From Macrostomum lignano (lineage: Eukaryota), in assembly GCA_002269645.1 (NCBI GenBank), contig NIVC01000511.1, positions 94,023 through 158,022 of the forward strand: a DNA stretch of 64,000 nucleotides, given 5' to 3'. Positions within the stretch are counted from its first letter, which is position 1, and every line of letters starts with the position of its first letter. This document shows, piece by piece, positions 55,992-64,000 of the stretch. The translations under genes were made by a program, and so were the position numbers. The notes under the pieces were generated by a model. That model saw only the letters and a list, made by a program, of their open reading frames with translations, was not told where the DNA came from and did no database searches.

Positions 55992-58900
55992 TCACCTTCG
56001 CCGCCTTCGCCTCCGCCTGTAATCAGCGGGGTCGGTGATGACGGCATTCTCGTCGAAAGCTTCGATGCACAGGACCACCTGGCTAGCGTCGCAGGTGATC
56101 TCTCGGGACTGGAACAGCTGGCCGCTGAGTAGGTCGGTCGCGTAGCCAAGCTTCATGGGGTCCCGGTTGGTGAAGCCCTCGCAGTCCTGGCTGAAGATGT
56201 TCGCTTCTCGCTGGGCCTGGCGAAGACCCTGCCAGGCTAAGATCTCCGAGCTGCAAATGTTGTTTGAGAAGGGTTGGAGTTGGTAGGAGCCTGTTGGAGT
56301 TGGTATTAGCCCGTTGGAGTTGGTAGGAGCCTGTTGGAGTTGGTAGGAGCCTGTTGGAGTTGGTAGGAGCCTGTTGGAGTTGGTAGGAGCCCGTTGGAGT
56401 TGGTATTAGCCTGTTGGAGTTGGTAGGAGCCTGTTGGAGTTGGTATTAGCCCGTTGGAGTTGGTATTAGCCTGTTGGAGTTGGTATTAGCCTGTTGGAGT
56501 TGGTAGGAGCCTGTTGGAGTTGGTATTAGCCCGTTGGAGTTAGTAGGAGCCTGTTGGAGTTGGTATTAGCCCGTTGGAGTTAGTAGGAGCCTGTTGGAGT
56601 TGGTTGGAGCCTGTTGGAGTCTGTTGGATATTTTTAGAGTTTTTTGGAGTTGGTTGGAATCAGTTGATGTTGGTTGTAGTTCGTAGTTAGCTGGAATTAA
56701 TTAAAGCGTGTTGGAGTTGATTGGAGTTTGCCAGAGTCAGTTGGAGTTTGTCAGAGTCGGTTGGAGTTTGTCAGAGTCGGTTGGAGTTTGTCAGAGTCGG
56801 TTGGAGTTTGTCAGAGTCGGTTGGAATTTGTCAGAGTCGTTAGGAGTTTGTCAGAGTCGGTTGGAGTTTGTCAGAGTCGGTTGGAGTTTGTCAGAGTCAG
56901 TGTAGAGTTACTTGAAGTTGATGTGAGTAGGTTTCTATTGCAGAGTTGAATGAATCTCTCAATCCGCTCACAGTCCGTGATGCTCGCGCCACTGCGACAA
57001 GTTGCGCCCGTTGAAATCCTGAAGCTGCACTTTGCTGTTCCAGGCGCCACGCCTGAGCATGTCCGCGTAGCTGCTGAACAGCTGCTGACCCTGGCATGGT
57101 GAACGGGTTGGAGCATGAGTGCTTTCCACCAATGAGCAACTCTGCCCCAGCTCGCTCCCTCCTGCAGCAACTTACATACAAATTCACCACGGGAACATCG
57201 GCTCTCTGCGAGGAGTGAACGATTGTGTCCAGATTGTTGAACTGGCCGTTCAGGAACACTTTGAAGTAGCTCTTGGTTAGGCCGGCCAACATGGCTGCGT
57301 CCTGGCAGGCGTAGTCAGCTCCCAGGGTGCTGAATGCGTTCTTGTAGTACAGGTCGCCGCGGAGCTTGGTTGGTAAGGCCACTAGGCGAAGCTGGTGTTG
57401 GGTTGGGGCCAAATTTCTTGGAAGTTAAACTTGATATTGGAATGAGGAAAGAGTAGCGTGAGTTTTACATTTTTTCCTAGGGTTTTTGCAGCGTCTGGAT
57501 AGTAGTGAGGTGTGCAGAAATTTGAAAGTATGAAATTTCGTCAGTTTTATGGTCATGTGTCGGAAGTTTTACAGTGTTTAACGTTGAAAAGTGTTTAATA
57601 TTGTATAAAGTACCTTAACGTGCCTATTGTGCCTACGAGTAATGTTGCAATGTTCCTAACGGTATAACGTGCCCATTGTTGTAAAGTGCCTATTGTTATA
57701 ATTTGCCTACTGCTGTAAAGTCCTTAATGTCATAATGTGCCTTCTATTGTAAAGTGCCTAATGTCATAATGTGTCTACTATTGTAAAGTCCCTAATGTCA
57801 TAATGTGCCTACTATTGTAAAGTGCCTAATGTCATAATGTGTCTACTATTGTAAAGTCCCTAATGTCATAATGTGCCTTCTATTGTAAAGACCCTAATGT
57901 TATAATTTGCCTACTGTTGTAAAGTCCCTAATGTCATAGTGTGTCTACTATTGTAAAGTCCCTAATGTCATAATGTGCCTACTATTGTAAAGTGCCTAAT
58001 GTCATAATGTGTCTACTATTGTAAAGTCCCTAATGTCATAATGTGCCTTCTATTGTAAAGACCCTAATGTTATAATTTGCCTACTGTTGTAAAGTCCCTA
58101 ATGTCATAGTGTGTCTACTATTGTAAAGTTGTAAAGTGCCTCATGTTGTAAAGTGCCTAATGTATTAAAGTATCTATGTTGCAAAGCTAACATTAGAAAG
58201 TGCAAAGCTGTAACTTGTGATAATTTGTATTTGTTTATTGTGCCTGCTGATAAAAATTGCCTCAGTGAATTTTTTATTTTCACCAGCACCTAATCTCCAG
58301 ATTGTAACGAAAATTTAGCTGTAAAGAATTGAACTCGCTTGAAAGCAAAGGTGAAAGCATGCTGACCTTCTTGCCAGATACCACGTAGGGCAGGAACAGC
58401 TGCGGCGCCATGGAGCGCAGCCTGGGACTCGCCGTTGTGGTCTAAAATATATTATTCAGCAATAATCGCTACTTTTCATGTACCAACTTCGACTAGGCAA
58501 AATTAAATGGCAAAGTTTAAAAAAAATGGATTACCGGAAACCCAAGCAGAAGTTTCGGCTTCACCTTGAATGAAAATCGTTCTTAAATATGTAATGTGTT
58601 AACAATTACTCGTACTTTATTAGCTGTAAGCATTGGATGCAGCGAAACTTACAATGTAGTTCGCGACTTCAATCCATTGGTTCAGTTGGTAGTCGGTTTT
58701 CAAATACAAAATCTTCTCGTCCTTCGTGAACACCAGGGTGCCTTCTTCAAAAGCGTAGGCGATGTCCTCGAAAGCTTGATACGTTGCGATGACGCGCTGA
58801 AATTTGTTTTTGAATTTTTTAATTTCCCACAAGGTTTAAGCTTGAAAAAACAAATGAAGTGAGCAGTCATAGCTATAATTCAATTTGATTCACTGCGTAG

Positions 58901-60966
58901 ATTGGGGCTAATCGGAGCGAGGTAGATTCTCGAGGGGGTAGAGGTTACTGCGTACATTTGGACTAGTCGGAGCGAGGTGGATTCCCGAGGGGTAGAGGTT
59001 ACTGCGTACATTGGGACTAGTCGGAGCGAGGTAGATTCCCGAGGGGATAGAGGTAACTGTGTACATTGGGACTAGTCGGAGCGAGGTGGATTCTCGAAGG
59101 GGTAGAGGTTACTGCGTACATTGGGCCTATTCGGAGCGAGGTGGATTCTCGAGGGGGTAGAGGCTACTGCGTACATTGGGACTAGTCGGAGCGAGGTGGA
59201 GTCCCAAGAGGTATAAGCTGTGTGTGTACATCGGCACAATTGAGAGCAATGTGTGGTAGGCAATTTGGAAAGGGTGAGTAAGTTTAGACCAAATTACAAA
59301 GCTAACTGTGCTGAGTCAAATCAGTAGTCGCAGTGAGTTCCAAAATGAGGGGTTTTAAAAGCAGACTTGCGACATAATTGCATTACCACGCTAGTTGAAG
59401 CCAGCGCCTGTCCACTGGCACCAGCAGCTGTCCGTCCTGACGGCACCGTCCTAACGCCGCAAGATCCACAATAGCCGGGTTCACCTTTGTCGCCCTTGGG
59501 CCCGTTCGCGGTCACCTGCAGCTCCTCGCGCACGAGTTTACGAATCGCCGAGACGCCTTTGAGACCAGCAGAGGCGGCGAGGCACTGCTCGGGCTGGCAG
59601 GTCCCTGGAGGACCCCGCTGCCCGTCTGTGCCTGGCTCGCCCTGTGGAGAATGCCAGCTGCACTATGTGTATGCATTCTGAGCACCAAAAAACTCTGCAC
59701 TGTCTACTGCGTTTAAGTAGCAGTAGTAGAATGGTTAGTAGTTAAATTTCTAAAGTAGATTTTGAACATACTTCAAAGTGGAGCAGAAGGTGCTGCAGTG
59801 GCAAATAGTGCATATTTCGCTGCTAAATACTGAATTGAAAATATTTCAACATCTGGAATTGCAAATAGAGTAAGTGCGTGTTTCGGCCATGGGCGTTTCA
59901 CAAGCTCGAAACTTCACAAGCTTGAAACTTCACAAGCTTGAAACTTCACAAGCTCGAAACTTCATCACAAGCTCGAAACTTCACAAGCTTGAAACTTCAC
60001 AAGCTCGAAACTTCACAAGCTCGAAACTTTACAAGCTCGAAACTTTATAAGCTCGAAACTTCACAAGCTCGAAACTTTACAAGCTCGAAACTTCACAAGC
60101 TCGAAACTTTACAAGCTCGAAACTTCATCACAAGTTCGAAACTTGACAAGCTCGAAACTTTACAAGCTCGAAACTTTACAAGCTTGAAACTTCATCACAA
60201 GCTCGAAACTTTACAAGCTCGAAACTTCATCACAAGTTCGAAACTTGACAAGCTCGAAACTTTACAAGCTCGAAACTTCACAAGCTCGAAACTTCATCAC
60301 AAGTTCGAAACTTTACAAGTTCGAAACTTCATCACAAGTTCGAAACTTTACAAGCTAGTTTGACAAGGTTGTTTCACAAGTTTATGAAGAAAAGTTTCAA
60401 ATATCTATCGGAGAGCCGCAACGCTCAAAACACAATTTGCATTTTTTAATACGAATTTTGCAAGAATTGACTCCGATAGAAATTAATGAGAAACTAACTT
60501 GATAAACTTGCGAGTGCACCGTTAGGTTGAGAAGTTGAGAACTCAGTGCTAATTAACTGAAAACTCCCCCAGCAGAATTCGCACGAATTGTGAGCGCATC
60601 GGCCTTCTGCTTCAGCTGCCCTATAAATTGAGCACTAGTTTTACCTTCCATCCGGGTGGTCCTCTTGGTCCAGGCGGTCCCTGCAAAAGTTATGCAACAG
60701 AGAATTGCTTGTTATGAACGGATTGCTTGATTCAGACACCTGGCAGAGATGGGCTCACCGGATCTCCTTTGAAATCTAGCTGTCGGCAGTCCGGACACAC
60801 GCCCGGAGGTCCGGTGCACCTGTGTCACCCTGCGAATTCAGGTCAGAAAATTGCAACTAAGTTACACGTTATTTTACAGTCCCAGCACAGTGAAGCAGTT
60901 TACCTTTTCTCCCCTGCGCACCATGGGAGTAATGTACATCCGCGAGCTAGGAGTCGTCAGGGCCGG
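55992..60966 (-). CDS. COL18A1: Multiplexin (collagen XV/XVIII-like) with short collagenous region, trimerization domain and endostatin domain; 5' end unresolved
   Basis: Minus-strand exons 60966-60904, 60829-60759 (1-bp deletion), 60680-60645 (GPPGPRGPPGWK), 59641-59387 (GEPGTDGQRGPPG..GPKGDKGEPG), 58796-58653 (trimerization VIATYQAFEDIAYAFEEGTLVFTKDEKILYLK), 58441-58367, 57391-57176 (LRLVAL..GADYAC..VPVVNL), 57090-56972, 56250-55992 (AWQG..DCEGF..LLSGQL..TCD..VLCIE). All four endostatin Cys are present. Phase-consistent candidate upstream exons: 61420-61281 and 62803-62592. Confidence 0.92.
56270..56900. repeat. Two related 20-bp minisatellites (GGAGTTGGTAGGAGCCTGTT; GGAGTTTGTCAGAGTCGGTT)
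   Basis: They fill the last multiplexin intron (56251-56971). Confidence 0.93.
57640..58160. repeat. 34-bp minisatellite TAATGTCATAATGTGCCTACTATTGTAAAGTCCC
   Basis: About 14 units. Confidence 0.9.
58900..59205. repeat. 54-bp tandem repeat
   Basis: ctagtcggagcgaggtggattcccgaggggtagaggttactgcgtacattggga, about 5.5 copies. Confidence 0.9.
59900..60360 (-). repeat. 16-bp GAAGTTTCGAGCTTGT family, reverse orientation
   Basis: acaagctcgaaacttc units, preceded by gggcgtttcacaag. Confidence 0.9.
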
Positions 60967-61599
60967 CTAGAAAGACGCAAAAGTTGTTTACAACAAAGAA
61001 ATTACTTGAAAGCTACGTGTTTTAGCTACTTGTTAATGGCCAGCATCGAAGGAAGGACAATTTCTTAGACTTTTCACTGGGGCTAAGCGCATCAATTAGG
61101 GAAAATGGGTTGCTGGAACGGGACTCCAGCATCGATAGAAGGATACAGTTGGAGTGGCAGTAGCACATGGCTCCCCTAGGATGCCTTATGAAACTGGCTA
61201 ACACTTGGACAGGTAGATTTAAGCCTCAACTTTCTTGTCGTTCCTCCTCCCTCCACCCCCTATCATCACCCAAAAGTCACCTCAGTGTTCGTCGTGAAGC
61301 TGATTGGTTTTCCGCCAGCCGACCGTCCGCCTCCAGAGTTGGGATTGCCTGGAATGCGCAGACAATATCGTCGAGAAATGGTTCGGGTCTTTGACCTGCG
61401 GCATCCCTGATATCTTCTCCCTACGAGTATCGAGTGGCTTTGCACAGCTGGTACTGAACCAAGAAAGACAAAAATAAGATCAGCTGTACTGGAGTTGCAC
61501 TGAAAGACCCTCAGACTATTGACTAGTTTGCTGGGTCACTTGATCTTTAATCTATCAGTAACGTGACCCCCGATGCTAAATAAATTAGGCTTTCCGTCT

Positions 61600-62295
61600 A
61601 GGCTCACTAGGAAAATTGCCGAGACGTCATTGCTTACTTGGAGAATTGCTGAGAGGTCAAGGCTTACTGGGGGAATTGCTGAGATGTCGAGGCTTACTGG
61701 GGGAATTGCTGAGATGTCGAGGCTTACTGGGGAATTGCTGAGATGTCGAGGCTTACTGGGGGAATTGCTGAGATGTCGAGGCTTACTGGGGGAATTGCTG
61801 AGATATCGAGGCTTACTGGGGGAATTGCTGAGATATCGAGGCTTACTGGGGGAATTGCTGAGATATCGAGGCTTACTGGGGGAATTGCTGAGATGTCGAG
61901 GCTTACTGGGGGAATTGCTGAGATGTCGAGGCTTACTGGGGGAATTGCTGAGATATCGAGGCTTACTGGGGGAATTGCTGAGATGTCGAGGCTTACTGGG
62001 GGAATTGCTGAGATGTCGAGGCTTACTGGGGGAATTGCTGAGATATCGAGGCTTACTGGGGGAATTGCTGAGATATCGAGGCTTACTGGGGGAATTGCTG
62101 AGATATCGAGGCTTACTGGGGGAATTGCTGAGATGTCGAGGCTTACTGGGGGAATTGCTGAGATATCGAGGCTTACTGGGGGAATTGCTGAGACGTCGAG
62201 GCTTACTGGGGGAATTGCTGAGATGTCGAGGCTTACTGAGGGAATTGCTGAGATGTCGAGGCTTACTGGGAGAATTGCTGAGATATCGAGGCTGA
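61600..62295 (+). repeat. 30-bp minisatellite GGAATTGCTGAGATGTCGAGGCTTACTGGG
   Basis: About 22 copies, followed by agctacatgtag and ggggggc.tagattgctagt, which are shared with 35620-37150. Confidence 0.95.
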
Positions 62296-63769
62296 GAGGT
62301 CAGAATCTACGAGCTACATGTAGTCATTCCTAAAATTTTATCCCACTCTTTGAACAATTTTACTCGAAAAGGTGATTTTTAAAACGGAAATAGGAATGCT
62401 TTACAGAAAATGTGCTCTCATTTTAAAGGATTCTTATAAATAATTTTTGTCTCTCGCTTATTGGGCGCCCTGAAAGGGGGGCACTAGATTGCTAGTAAAT
62501 CATCTAAACCTGCTTGAAGGCTCATTCAACATAAATCATTCTGGTGCTATGCAGGCCCAAAAATGCAGCGATTCAACAGAGCCCAGCTCACGCCCGATGT
62601 AGCTACTGAGGTCGTCCACTAAATCGACGTGATTCTCTTTGCCATGCTCGCCCCTGATGGCCGGGGTGACCGCGGCCGACTGTCGCGGCGTTGTAATGTT
62701 GAGCAGCAGCTGGGTAAGCAGAAGCGAGCCGTGGTAGCTGCACACGGTCTTGCCAGCGATCAGCTGACAAATCGGCTTGGGAGTTGGCTCCATCCGACTG
62801 GTACTTCAAAGCAGCAAGAGAGTTAGTTAGTGGCTCATGAAGGGCAATCTGCTGGAACAGACGATGACGCTATAGGCAAAAAGAAATCAGAATTGCTAGA
62901 TCAGAGACAGGATGAAGGGCAGAGACAGAATTAAGTAATGGTTTCGCTAGGATTGGATTGGGAAGGCCAAGGTACGAAAGGGCTCTAGCAACAATTGCGC
63001 CTCTTCCCGACACGAAACCCAGGCCTACAGCTGCCTCCATCAACCCGCCCTCCCGCGAGCAGGGATTGGTGCTGCAGAGTTTCCGCAATTTTAGTCATGC
63101 TGAAGCGTCGCATCGATGCTTCCTTTTTGCTTGGCGATTCTTTCGCAAAGCAGCATACAGCAGTCGCATATGCGCAGCGCGTACAGTGTTGTGTCAACTC
63201 GCGCCAATCCTTCTAAAAGAAGGCAGGAAAATTCCCCCGAAAAGTCTGCAACCCCCGCCTTGGACACGCCTCTCGATTCATCTTGGCCTCGGGTGTTGCG
63301 CTGTCCAGTCTGCCGCCGACTGCGGAAAGGTTAAACACGGCCGGCTGGCCAGTCTGGGTCCGAGTGGATGACGCGGCTGCCCAAATCCGCATAGATCAAG
63401 ATCGACAGTGAAATGTCGCTTTCGTACGCTTTAGAAGCTCCGGAATGCCAGACGATGCCAATCCCGATTTAACTTCAGAATGTATACCAATTCACCGACA
63501 CTAATAGATGCAGGATTCTTTAATAATGGGACTAAAAATGGGAACAAAAAATACGCCGCCTTCCAGTCCTAGAGTGTTTACGCAGCTAGGCCGACCCACT
63601 TTCTTGACCGAATGCGGCGGTACTAGCAAGAAGGAACTTGTGAGTCACTGCAGCTTCCAATGTCGAAAACTATTGGCTAGGTCTCCAAAGTGTCCCTAAA
63701 CTGCAGATGGGCATGGAAGCTGCACATCAAGTGCGTTCAAGAACGACAGGCACATAGAAAGGAACTTCA

Positions 63770-64000
63770 GAAACTGCAACCAGGCCTCTAGGTACCTGCA
63801 TAATCTATTCTGAAACTTCAGCAGGTCTCTAGGTGCCTGAATCATCTATATTCAGAAACTGCAGGTCTCTAGGTACCTGCATCATCTATTCAGAAACTTC
63901 AGCAGGTCTCTAGGTGCCTGAATCATCTATATTCAGAAACTGAAGCAGGTCTATAGGTGCCTGAATCATCTATATTCAGAAACTGAAGCAGGTCTATAGG
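63770..64000. repeat. ~43-bp tandem repeat running off the window
   Basis: agcaggtctctaggtgcctgaatcatctatattcagaaactga, at least 4 units. Confidence 0.85.

Noticed and set aside
62870-63700. 5' exons of the multiplexin or another gene
   Set aside because: Several short ORFs, but no recognisable signal peptide, domain or consistent splice chain.

Overview
This is eukaryotic, intron-rich and repeat-rich metazoan DNA. The gene set, short GT-AG exons and intron-filling minisatellites suggest a flatworm such as Macrostomum (inference only). I reconstructed five spliced protein-coding genes by hand. (1) A calbindin/calretinin (Cbp53E-like) EF-hand gene (+, 493-6969, 5' end not found in the window). 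(2) An IRS/chico-like PH-PTB insulin receptor substrate (+, 12549-19873). (3) A TMEM59-like gene (+, 25437-29600). (4) An RZ-subfamily RGS with a cysteine string (+, 44136-54141). (5) A short multiplexin (collagen XV/XVIII-like) with trimerization and endostatin domains (-, 55992 to at least 60966). The space between and within genes holds many mobile elements: two Crypton tyrosine-recombinase remnants (one next to a lox-like 12-9-12 inverted repeat, one with a tandemly amplified terminus), a mariner with TIRs and TA TSD, a 3.95-kb element with 214-bp TIRs and a 10-bp TSD, a THAP/P-like element with an 8-bp TSD, two LINE remnants and two tRNA-derived SINE families. About 20 distinct tandem arrays are also present. 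Most long ORFs in the supplied track are artefacts of these arrays. Three single-G deletions break otherwise intact exons and are most likely long-read consensus errors.
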